Shown here: in pieces, positions 25,915 through 37,041 of the stretch
Layout of the letters: each line of letters opens with the position of its first letter
How positions within the stretch are numbered: the first letter of the stretch is position 1
NCBI GenBank assembly: GCA_964252035.1
Contig: OZ176203.1
DNA from: Podarcis erhardii
Lineage: Eukaryota
Length of the DNA: 64,000 nucleotides
Reading direction: 5' to 3' (one strand)
Program-made: the position numbers and the translations under genes
The notes under the pieces: model-generated
Told to the model about the DNA's origin: nothing
The model's database searches: none
What the model saw: only the letters and a program-made list of their open reading frames with translations

Positions 25915-26760
25915 ATAGAATTATAGAATCGTAGAATTGGAAGGGACCCCAAGGGTCACCCAGCCCCCTGCAATGCAGGAATCCTAGCTAAAGCATCCGT
26001 GACACATGGCCACCCAACCTCTGCTCAAAAGCATCCAAGGAAGGAGAGTCCACCACCTCCTGAGGGAGACCTGTTCCACTGTCAAACAGCTCTTACTGTC
26101 AGAAAGTTTTCCCATATGTTTAGTCTGAATCTCCTTTCTCGTAACTTGAAGCTATTGGTTTGAGTCCTGCCCTCCAGAGCAGGAGAAAACAAGCGTGCTC
26201 CTTTTCCCATGTGATAGCCCTTGACATATTTTAAGATGGCTATCATTTCTTCTCTCTGTCTCCTCGTCTCCAGGCTAAACATACCCAGCTCCTTCATCAT
26301 CTTGGTTGCTCTCCTCTGCACACGTTCTAGCTTGTCAACATCCTTCCTAAAATGTGGCACCCAGAATTGGACACAGTCTTCTAGTATGATCTGACCAAGG
26401 CAGAAAAGTGTGGTACTATTACTTCCCTTGATCTGGACACTATATGTCTGTTAATGCAGCCTAGAATAGCATTAGCTTTTTGTTGTTGCGTCACACTGTT
26501 GACTCATGTTAAGTTTGTGGTCCACCAAGACCCCTAGATCCTTTTCACATGTAAGCCAGGCATCCCCTATCTTATATTTGTGCATCTGGTTTTTCCTGCC
26601 TAAGTGCGGAACCTTATATTTGTCCCTACAGAAATTCATTTTGTTAGCTTGGGCCCACCCAGTTCTCCAATTTATTAAGGTCATTTTGAATTCTGATTCT
26701 GCCTTCTGCAGCATTAGCTACCCCTCCCAGTCTGCAAATGTGATGAGCATCCACTCAATT
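25915..26760 (-). mobile_element. CR1 LINE 3' portion with internal deletions
   Basis: (TTCTA)-type tail; ORF 26082..26360 PHFRKDVDKLERVQRRATKM and 26472..26714 CEKDLGVLVDHKLNMSQQCD are CR1 ORF2 C-terminal motifs. Confidence 0.95.
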
Positions 26761-28340
26761 GTCCTCCAGTACAAGCAATATTGGCCAGGTGAACATACTA
26801 CTTTTTTGTAGAGGAAAAAAGGTTTTAAAACGAAATAACAGAATGAATGCAAGCGTAGGACAGGGCACTGTCTTGGCACTGCTTATTTTTGATAGCTGTG
26901 GAGCAGAGCATGTTCTTCTAGTCTTTCCTTTCAATCGACTTCATCAGGAGGGAGCCAAAATCTGTGGCCATTTGTGTGGGAAACTTGGCAGGACTGAAAT
27001 GCAGAAGCCAAGCTATGGAATGTGTTTTTCCAACAGCAGCATCTGGGCCCCTGGTTAACTTCCTGATTGATCTCTTGCCTGAGACAAGAAGCCAACCACA
27101 ATAAATGCAGAAAGTAGTGGGAAAGAGGTTTGGACATAGCACATATCTTTAAAAATAGCAATGCAAATCCAAAGCATATTGCGAAATAGCATGCAACTTC
27201 AAAACTGTTCAGAAATGCATCCTCCTGCAGACTGCCATGTATAATATTCCCTGGTTCATTTTTGTATCAGCTCCAGCAATAAAGCCATAGTCTATAGCTT
27301 CATTCAAAGAAACAATCCAGCAACTTCAAAATATCGTTTCAGATGCTTGGATTTTATGCAACTCAGTTTTTGTTGTCTCGTAGTAGTTGTTGGTGGCTGG
27401 GTTTGACTTCCAGGCTAATTTTCTGAAGCACCCATGTCATAAGCATTAGGATATTGAATAATCCATTTCTGGAGGGGAGTGTGTTTTCCCACCATATTAT
27501 ATTATTTCTTTGGAAGCCTTTTTGTACTGGATATCTACTGAAGCTTTTAAAGTAGAACATTCTGTATTAAATAGTTCCTGTAGCAACATTACAATGTCTA
27601 CACTCTCTTTACAAGTAAAAACAAATTTGTCCTTCACTATCCTTTATGTTTCCTAACAAGTTATTTATATCTGTTAGTTCCACAAGGCCCCTAGTGTGCA
27701 ACTATAGTTTGCTTTTTTGTTCTGTACTGGGGTCAAGATTTAAAGGAATGAGGAATATGTGATTCCATGTGTATATATGGTCGTACCTGGCAACAGAAGG
27801 GAGTTGGTGTTGGAGTGGTAGATTACTTGATCATTCCACAGAATAGATTTCCAGTGGGAAGTGTTTATTACATCACATCCAGAACCAACTTATAGCAAGG
27901 CTGAGACAGCCTCTTTTTAAGCCCTGTATAATAGCCACTCCACCACTTCTTGTGGAAAACATGGAATTCTGTTGACATTTTGCTGGTTGGTGTGAAGGAA
28001 AATATGGTGATATGGTTTGTTTGCTACTGAAGCTGAGAACAGAAAGAGGAAGGGGATTGCCTGGCTACTCAAAATTGCTTTCTCTTCGATGTATGTCGGG
28101 GTGGGATAAAGAGGTAGGGAAATGGATCCCTGTACTTTTCCTTCACCCACAAAAAGAAAAAAACTGCTGTTTGAGCAGATAATTGACCAGAAGGAAGAGC
28201 ATTAAGCAACCCCCCTGCCTTTCCTCCTGTCAGATAACCACCTGTGTGAAGGCTGCTTCTGGTGAAATCAACAACAAAAATGTGAAAGTAAATGGTGGAG
28301 GAAATAGTTTGGCCCTTGTGGGCCCTCTCACTCTTACTCC

Positions 28341-28573
28341 AGTCCAGTGTGGTGTAGTGGTTAAGAGTGATAGACTCGTAATCTGGGGAACCGGGTTCGG
28401 GTCTCCACTCCTCCACATGCAGCTGTTGGGTGACCTTGGGCTAGTTACACTTCTTTGAAGTCTCTCAGCCCCACTCACCTTGTTGTGGGGGAGGAAGGGA
28501 AAGGAGAATGTTAGGCGCTTTGAGACTCCTTCGGGTAGTGATAAAGCGGGATATCAAATCCAAACTCTTCTTC
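28341..28573 (+). mobile_element. CORE-type tRNA SINE (Squam3-like) with a small internal deletion
   Basis: Homologous to 24984-25256; lacks about 11 nt in the CACAGAGTGTT segment. Confidence 0.92.
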
Positions 28574-28582
28574 CTGTTTTGG

Positions 28583-28584
<2 letters not shown>

Positions 28585-28668
<84 letters not shown>
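28585..28668. repeat. Compound (GT)n(GA)n microsatellite
   Basis: Seen directly. Confidence 0.98.
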
Positions 28669-28671
<3 letters not shown>

Positions 28672-28720
28672 CGAATGTGGCTTGGAGATTGTCATAGGCA
28701 GAAGGAAGCATCTGGTAATT

Positions 28721-29630
28721 CTTCCTCTGCGTGGACAGGCGGAGTCCCCAGGTCCCGAGCGCCCTGCACCCCCGTCATGTGGAATAACGAATAACGACTC
28801 AAGACAACGTGCTATGGGATTAAATTGGCCACAACTTTATTAAATTTCAAATGTGGGTAGACCTTGGCTCAGGCATTGGGTGTTCTCCCTCCCCAGTCCC
28901 CAGCCGGGGACCTAGGGAGCATCAGGGTTATCCAGTGTGTGGGGGGGGGATAGGCTGGCTCTGGAGAACATATGTTCAAGCAGAGATAGCCGCCCCCGTT
29001 ACGCCGCCGCCGCAGGGGAGAGCAATGACGACCTTTCGGCGTACGGTCAAAGCCTCCCTTCAGAAACCCCTTTAACGGGGAACCCTGGTATCGCCACTGC
29101 AAGAGGAAGATGGACAAAACGATTCTGCCCAAGGCCTGATACCGCCAAAGTTGTGACATTTTGCTACGGGAAAGGCGAAACGTGCCAATGCAGGGAAATT
29201 CCTTTCCGGCCCTTTAACAGCAACCTTAACGTAGCAGCGCCCGCATACCTGTAAGAAATGGTAACCTGCAAAACCTGTGAAGAAAAGTTAATGTGCAAAA
29301 TAAGGCATTAACTGAGGGTGGGTAGGGTGGGAGAAGCTCTGAAGCCAAGTGAGGATTCCCAGGTAAGATCCTCCCTCTATTGTGTGGGCAGGTAATCCCT
29401 CCCCCACCTGGCCTGATCTCCTTGGCAACGCTTCCCCCAGGTGGGATTGGACAACTGACTGGGGTAGGCGGAGACCTCCAGGTATCCCACCTGAGGGAAG
29501 GCAAAGCCAAGCCTATGCTGAATGGAGCCGCTCCAGATCCAGGGGCTGCGCACGTCCACGCAAAGGTCACCCCCCCCGTTTTATGCGGGGAGCGGTCATT
29601 CTAGACCCCCTTAGACACCTGCTGTGACAG
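28721..29630 (-). mobile_element. Coding-free, CpG-rich relative of the YR (Ngaro-type) retrotransposon
   Basis: Shares AATAAAGTTGTGGCC (28827-28841, minus) and the order of TTTGGCRGT, GTTAAAGGG and TGCC..AGCCAA with the terminal region at 59309-59716; strong CpG excess; 12/13 inverted motif at 28724 and 29554. Confidence 0.6.
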
Positions 29631-30059
29631 GTTTGCAGGGCACTTTGAGGGTAAAGTTGCTTGCATTTGAATCACTCTTGATACAGTTCCTAGGGAGATG
29701 TCTTGTGTACCATCTGGCTAGAAACTGTTGGCCTAGTTTCAGCTTGGGCAAACTTGGTTGCAGACACCGTGCTTGAATCATGTTCCTTCCTCTTCACTGC
29801 TGATATAGTCTAGCTGGAAAGGGTTAACTGAGTGGGCCCAGCATACGGTAAATGAAGCTTTATTTATTTATTCATTCATTCCATTCCAGTTATGAATCAC
29901 TTCCCATAAAACATCACAAAGTGATTTAACAATAAAAACATCAACAATACAAAGTTACATCAGGTTCCTATGTAAAACAATTAAAACCATTTCATATATG
30001 AAATCAATTGCAGATCCAAGGCAGACACAGACTGGGATAAAAACCTCCACTTTGCTTGA

Positions 30060-30480
30060 GTGAGTGGAGACTGCCATCCTTAAAGAAGTGGTAGTGCACA
30101 CTCGTTCCTCAAGAAGTTGTCTCTGGACCCAGAGGTCTATGACAACTACCACCTGGTTGAAATATCCCCTTCTCGGGGAAGTGCTTGAGAGGAAAATATC
30201 CATTCAACTTCAGGTGCTCTTGGAGGATATAGATTATATTGACCCATTTCATCTGGGTTCAGTCTGGGTTTCAGACTGAACCTTGGTTGCCCTCATGGAT
30301 GACATTTCTTGAGAGAGGAACAGAGGAGTGTGACCCTGTTGCTTCTCCTCGATCTATCAGTGTTATTTGATACTATCAACCATGGTATCCTACTGAACCA
30401 ACTCTGAGGAATGGGAGTCAGAGGCATGGTGATTCAGTTCTGCTCCTACTGGCAGGGTGATATTAGGGGACCGCTGCTCA
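30060..30480 (+). mobile_element. L2-clade LINE reverse-transcriptase fragment, degraded
   Basis: Reads LGEVLERKISIQLQVLLEDIDYIDPFH, then LLLLDLSVLFDTINHGILL, matching L2/CR1 RT motifs (LDLSxAFDTxDHxIL). Confidence 0.85.
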
Positions 30481-30834
30481 GTTCATTTTGTCCTCCATGC
30501 TGTAGAACATGGACAAAGAATTAGCTGCACGATCTTATACATGTCTACTGAGCAGTAAATTACTCCCAGGTGTGTGGGTGTAGGTTTGCTGCCTGTCTTG
30601 GAGGAACCTGTTTGGAACAAAAGTGGGCTTATTTCGGGGGGGGGGGTGATTTCAGCTTGAACACCTATTAACTTAAGTGAGTCATGGGAAACCAGAAATT
30701 CCATGCTAACACAAATGTCATGCACTGCCCCACATTTTGCAGTCTGATTTCTGAGTTTCCTATATACATATCTTGTATTTTAAGAATTTAAGTATAATTC
30801 AATTGAAAAATGTTCATAATGCCCACTGAAATAC

Positions 30835-30890
30835 AACAACAACAACAACAACAACAACTTATTATTTATACCCCACCCTGGCTCTGGCTG
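30835..30890 (-). mobile_element. L2 tail remnant with (ACA)n
   Basis: (ACA)7-TTTATTATTTATACCCCACC, same tail as 22490. Confidence 0.5.
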
Positions 30891-31404
30891 AGTTCCATGG
30901 GAAGACTTCAGATGTTCACAAATGGATTATTGAAGCTGTACTGATTATTTTTCACTCTTCCCTGAGAGGAAGACTAAATTTATTCCTCTCTTCCCTTATA
31001 CACTTTTCAGCATCAATGTATTCCTAAAAAACCCCAAAAGTGTAGGAGAGATTTAGAGCCATTTGCTCCTAGTCTGACAACACAAAGACCAACAGTAAAA
31101 ATGAAGGAAACACCTCCATAAAATCCCTTATTGTAGTGACTGCTGAAATGCAATACCACCAGACAATTAGACATAGGTGTCTGTGATGTAAACAACACGA
31201 AACAGAAACATTTTCCCATGAAGGGCAGTCTGGGTGAGGGTAAATAAAAAAAAAAAACTGGGACTGTTGAGGAAAATTAAAGAGGGTATATAATAAGAGC
31301 AATCATATCAGGTCATGCCAAACTACACATGATATAACTGAGTTAACAGAACCCTAAAAGGGCACATTGCAAGTCATATGCAAGATCTTAGAAATTGGGT
31401 CCAC

Positions 31405-31600
31405 TTCTGGGTGGGGCTGGGTTGCGGTCGGGCCACCTAGCCTACTCCTGCCTCAGCATGGGGGCAGGATGGTGTCCCGTGTCCCGCTGGGAGAGACCCC
31501 GGCCACGTCAAGCTGCCCGGCGGCCAATCAGGTCGCTTGAGGATGTGGCTGGGGCCAATTTACGCTGCAGCACGACTCTGAGGCTCCCCTTTCAGCCTCA
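31405..31600. promoter_or_regulatory. CpG-rich patch with GC box, CRE-like site and two CCAAT boxes
   Basis: About 13 CpG in ~230 bp; GGGTGGGGC; CCACGTCA at 31503; CCAAT at 31524 and 31555. Confidence 0.25.
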
Positions 31601-31729
31601 CACACAACGACTCAAAGAGTTTGGCATAACGTGTTTGCAGATTTAGTTCTACTTTTTGCCTAATGTCTGGCATATGTGTTTCTGCAGGAAAGACTCATAA
31701 TTGGCATGATCAGGAGAAAGAGTCTGGAA

Positions 31730-31898
31730 CAGTGGCGTAGCGTGGGGGGTGCAGGGGGGGCCGGTCGCACCAGGTGCAACATCTGAGGGTTAGGGTTAGG
31801 GTGCGCAAATCCACGGGTTAGGGGGCGCAAATCCACGGGTTAGGGGGTGCAAATTACTTGCCTTGCCCTGGGTGCTGACAACCCACGCTACGCCACTG
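31730..31898. mobile_element. Young hAT MITE carrying TTAGGG motifs
   Basis: Perfect 17-bp TIR CAGTGGCGTAGCGTGGG; perfect 8-bp TSD GTCTGGAA. Confidence 0.95.
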
Positions 31899-33303
31899 GT
31901 CTGGAAAGCTCAGTGTCTGCATAAGCTGGTATATTACAGAATCATGGTGGTTGTGCAGGCCAGGTGCTGAGATAACAAAAATTCTTTTCTTGACTCTTTG
32001 ACCATAAAAATGCAAGGGCAATTTCTTCATCTTTCAGAGGATATCAAGATTCTATTTGGTCTCAAATCCTGGTTTTAAAAGGTAACTGAGGTTTGGCACA
32101 GAAAAACCTCTATAAAAGCTTTATTGGAGGTAAGCAGGGTGTCAAGGACAGAAATATTGTTATAATTTCACTGTGCAGGAGATGAGGCTTTCCTTAGTCA
32201 ATTAAGCTTGTACTTAACTGTATGAATAAAAGCATTCTAACCAGAACTGCGAGCTTTATTTAGGTTAATTGCTAGAGTAATAAACCAATTTGCAGTTGAT
32301 AAATTGGGGCAATTTTAATAGGTGCAGCTGAAACATAAAGGGCTGGCTTGTTTATTTTCTGTGTTGTTGTTTTTAAATTCTGTTGTTATTGGAATAGCAG
32401 ATGAAAAAACCAACGATGGCTTTTCTTCCTAACACTGAGCCGCAGCATTTGTTTCCTGAATTGTGAATTCTGACTTTTCCTTCAGCATCTGAGAAAGGCA
32501 CCTGTCCTGTGGTAATATGCAAATATATTTAATAAATCAATCATTTAGGTGAGATGCTTTAATAAACTAAATGCTCTTTTAAAAGTTTGAAAAATGTTTC
32601 AGGTGGAAACCTTGAAAGCTAAAGTTTTCAGTGTGCAGAATGATAATTTTATTATTTATACCCTGCCCATTCCCCAAAAGCAGAGTTGGTCAAAATTAAT
32701 CAAACTTTTTGAGCTCTGCCCTGTTTCCTATTATTCCAGCTGTTTCACACCTTTTTTGAGAACAGTGGCAAGGGAAGACTGTAGTTCTTCAGCATTTAAA
32801 TCCCATGAGGATACCGTGTACCAGAAGTATGGCTGGCCTGACCCTTGTGCCTTTGCAGCCATGATGGGCTCCTAAACTCGTCTTCTAGAAACTGTTGTCT
32901 CCATGCTGAAAGTGGATCGAGTGCTGGCACAATAAACTTTGTTCAGACTGCAAGCTGGGCAATCAGTAAAGTATTTCCACAAGACTCTGCCTGCACAGAT
33001 CCACTCAAACCGTATTCTCAGCTTCCCTGTTTGTTCCTGTAAACTGTTCCAAAGTTAAATTCAGTTGAAAATGATATCTGTTCCCCACAGACACTGTGGG
33101 CTATGAGCACAAAGGCCTAAGTGCTGCCTGCAGTGTCATCCTAGAAGTCCCTGATGTCAGCTGTAATGGCTGGGGCCTTGGTGTCCAATTGCATCGGAGG
33201 TCTGGAAAAGTTTGGGGCAGCAAAGTAGAACAGCCTCTTGCCACAGAGCATTTCACATATTTTAGTAGGTGAAACAATTGCCTTTAAATCTTTGCAGAGG
33301 GAG

Positions 33304-33322
33304 GTGTGTCTGTGTGTCTGTG

Positions 33323-33377
<55 letters not shown>

Positions 33378-33388
33378 TTCTGTGTGTG
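33304..33388. repeat. Compound (GT/GTCT)n(CT)n microsatellite
   Basis: Seen directly. Confidence 0.95.
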
Positions 33389-34520
33389 TTCTGGTATCCG
33401 AGTTCAAGACTTTCACAGTTCACGCAAGCCCTCTTTGGACATTCTTCTCTGGAGTTCAGTAAACATTTGAGAGGGTTGGATTCAGGTGGCAGTGGAGATG
33501 ATAGTGCTTGTTCCACCTGCCTCACTATTCCAGTTGCCCCGATCTGTTGAAGGGGAAACTTCTGAATTGGGAAAGACCTGTGCTTGCGGATGCTTCATGC
33601 ATGTTTTTTGGATTCAAGAAAATCAGGCTTAATTTGATTTAACTGCTAGATAAGTCAACTAAATTTGTAGTCTAAAATGCATGGGGAACTATTGAAGAAG
33701 GCTCTCAGATTCAGGTGTTCATTCTCCAGCTCATGGAGGGCAAATGGAACTGTGACAGGGCTATCATACTTGTTTCTGTTGCTCCCTTCCCCTGTGTTTA
33801 CTTAACTTCAAAGAAGAATGCCCTTGTCTTGGATAAAAATCTGTTAGGTTGTTTTTTAAATTTGAATCAAAACCAATCACCTCCTCTCTATAGAAATTTG
33901 AACACATTCAATGAGTTTTATAAATAGTAGAACTTGTGAATGGCAAGACAGAAATCCCATATGCATTTAACCCACTTTTCAAAGACTTTTCAGAACATTT
34001 CCCTAACTTATGAGTCTACTTCCCCCTATGGAAATCCATTAAAAAACTGAGCTTGTTTTGACTAGTTCAGTAATGATGGTTGTGTGAATTATCTCATCAC
34101 ATGCTGGTTACACTGGCTGCTCAAATATAAGATCAAAACTTAGAAAAAATAAGTCATTGTTTTCATACTAGCTAATAAAGTGTGGCTGGGTTGTTGTTTT
34201 TTTCCCCTGTAAGTAGCTTTTTAAAGAAATGTAAATTTAGGGAAAAAGAAACCGTGGTCTTAGTTTAGTCCCACAAAAATATTCGTAGTAAGTTCTGTTC
34301 CCTTAACTTAAAATAGCTTCTGTCTCTGATTCTAACCACATAAAGGCAGAGTTCCGGGCACTCGTCTTCCTTTGCCTTCATGATAATGACAATAAGAACA
34401 TTTCTGCCCACTGATGTGGCAACGAAGGGATGTGTGTTTCCTGCTGGCAGTTTTTCCATTAATATGAAATCTTTCTCTTTTTTTAGCCTTTCATTTTGTT
34501 TGTCCTAAATCTCTTGCTCT

Positions 34521-34662
34521 TAGAATCATAGAAACTGATGAGTTGGAAGGGGCCATGAGGGCCATCTAGTCCAACCTCCTGCAATGCAGGAATATTTTTG
34601 CCTAATGTGGGACTCAAACCCACAACCCTGAAAGAGTCTCGTGCTCTACAGACTGAGCTATC
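34521..34662 (-). mobile_element. Short SINE with tRNA(Lys)-derived head and CR1 3' tail
   Basis: Minus strand GATAGCTCAGTCTGTAGAGCACGAGACTCTT..CAGGGTTGTGGGTTTGAGTCCCACATTAGGC followed by TTCCTGCATTGCAGGAGGTTGGACTAGATG...CTATGATTCTA. Confidence 0.85.
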
Positions 34663-35054
34663 TGAAATTTTGCTAAGGTCTCTTCAACCATCTCAGTTCA
34701 AATGAAGTATCAATCATCTCACCTTGGTTCTAGGTGGAATATAATGTGAAATGTATCAATGGCACTATGGATTATCCATAGCTTTGGTACCCTGTACTCT
34801 ACTAGGAGCTGTTAGGGCTGGCACAGGGCACCTCCACACCTCTGTGTTGCTGCTGCACACAGGGAGCCCGTTCCCTGGACTGTGAGGTGTTCTTTGGTTC
34901 CAGGATGACTCCAACCCTATAGGTGTTGCATTGGCTTACCTAACTAGCTTAGAAGGACTATAAAGATTTTCAGTCAATTTGGGACTTTGCTTTGACTCCA
35001 TAGGCCAAATCTAAGTGACAATATTTCACACTTTGATCGTGTCTCCCCCTTAAT

Positions 35055-35159
35055 CAGGGTTCCGGCACCTCTCAGGTGAATGCCATTGCCATTATAAGAG
35101 AACAAGGGAGGTGTTCGTGGTAAGTTCCACCATCACTATTTTTTAGAAAGATAGCACTG
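35055..35159. mobile_element. hAT MITE fragment
   Basis: GTTCCGGCACCTCT ... TTTTTAGAAAGATAGCACTG terminal motif. Confidence 0.5.
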
Positions 35160-36214
35160 CCCTTAATAGTGTGTGTGTGAGAGAGAGAGGGGGGGGAGGT
35201 AACTAGAGCACCATGCTTTCTGTCATACAGCTGAAAATCTACTCTTCAGTTGTTTGTGTCCTTCTGCCTCCACGTTCCCAATCCTTAAGCATTTCAATGT
35301 GTTTTTTTTCTTTTCTTTTATAAGGCATTGTGGTCACACTAGTGTACACCTTTTTATTTTTAAAAAACTTGTACTTTTTGCTGACAAGATGTGAAATTGA
35401 CAACAATGCTGACTTTGTATACAACACAATAGCTTTGCACTGCTTGGGGCAGAAAAGCAGGTAATACAGAAAGGCAGACACAATATTTTAAGGGATTGTA
35501 CCTGAGACTAGTTTGCAGAACACAATCAGCCAGCACCTGGCTCTGAGTAGCACAGTGCCCTCCTACATTATCTGGAGGGGTGTAAGGAATAAGGTTTAAA
35601 CCAGAAAAAGCATAACTTGTGAATGATTGTAATGTACATTAATAGAAATAAAGAACATTCCCAAGTGATAATTAAAGTGATTTGAAATGTTCATGTGATT
35701 TCGGCTTAAATCGAGAAAATCTACCTCCAGCTCATGTTGGCATTCACCTGCTCCTCTTATCTTCTGAAGAATTCTAATGCATTCATATTAGGCCGCACCT
35801 GAGCACCTAGGTACATTATGACAGAGCTGCAGCTGAAACAAGTCTCTTAGCAAAGAGACATAGAATTACTCCATAACCACCTTGTCAGAACAAGATAATT
35901 TCAACATTTTTGGTTTATTAAATTCAGTGCCAATGTAGATTTGTAATATCTGTTTAAAATGAACTGTTTTTAAAGTCATTGCTTTGACACTGCTGGCTAT
36001 TGTAGATGTCAGGTTTCTGAAAGGTCTAGGCTGTAAACCTGTTGAAAATGAGCAGATATGCCATGCTTCTCATTTACATTTTGCCTTGCTTCAGTTATGA
36101 GCCAGCGCATGTTGCCACTCAGTGCAGCAGGACAGAAAACATTCCTTCCCTCAGTTTCCCCTGACACAGAGAAGAGGTTGTTTGAACATGATTCCAGATT
36201 AGTGGCACTTGTGC

Positions 36215-36252
36215 TTTTTTTTTTTTAGTTTAGTTTAGTTTAGTTTAGTTTG
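36215..36252. repeat. Poly-T plus (TTTAG)n
   Basis: Seen directly. Confidence 0.9.
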
Positions 36253-36933
36253 GTAGAGGCAGAAGCCAAAAGTGGCTTACTAACTGTGTGAGCTCAACAG
36301 GGTTTAAGGTTTAAGGCTGTATAAACATCAAGTAGTGAGCACAGTGAAGTGTTATGCAACTTGCCTTCAGGGGTAGTTATGTGTCATGAAAAAAATTCTT
36401 GTCAGGAAAGGTAATTAATGCATGGGAGTCAGGATAGATTATAATAATGGAATGTGAAAACTGTATCTCCCATACATAGGGTGTGTGTGTGCACATGTGT
36501 GCTAGTTTGTAGTTGCCTTGGGCAAAGAATGAGGACAGGCCAGCAATCCAGTTGGGAGTAAAGCATGCTGTGATGGATTTGGTCATTGCAATCTGCATTT
36601 TCTTCCTTAAAATAATGTTAGGACTTGGATTGTGCTGCCTTGCGAGGTATGGTTACTCACCACTATGTTCCACTGCTCCCTAGAAGCCAAGGGGGGTGGC
36701 AGCGAGTTTTTGGGAGACTTGTGCCGCACAAAGAACAGAGACCTGCATCTCCTGAATTAGTTGGTTTCCATATTTGTCCTTCTACTATCTTTAATATATT
36801 GTATTGGTGGCCACACGATACAGTTGTGGGTATTATTTGGACCCAGATTTTGCTGGGACAAGAAATTTCCAGAGGCTGTTGGCTGGCTTTGCAGATCTGG
36901 GGGGGGGGGAATACCCTTCCTCACACTTAAATG

Positions 36934-36938
<5 letters not shown>

Positions 36939-36969
<31 letters not shown>
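36939..36969. repeat. (CA)n microsatellite
   Basis: Seen directly. Confidence 0.97.
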
Positions 36970-36970
<1 letters not shown>

Positions 36971-37041
36971 AGAGAACTTCCTAAAGAGGTTTTGAAGGCA
37001 ACATGGTTCCATGGCTTTGACTCTGAACAGAAGGTGGTAGT

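Noticed and set aside
34590-34662. tRNA-Lys gene
   Set aside because: The anticodon arm is deleted, the T loop is mutated and it is fused to a CR1 tail, so it is a SINE head.
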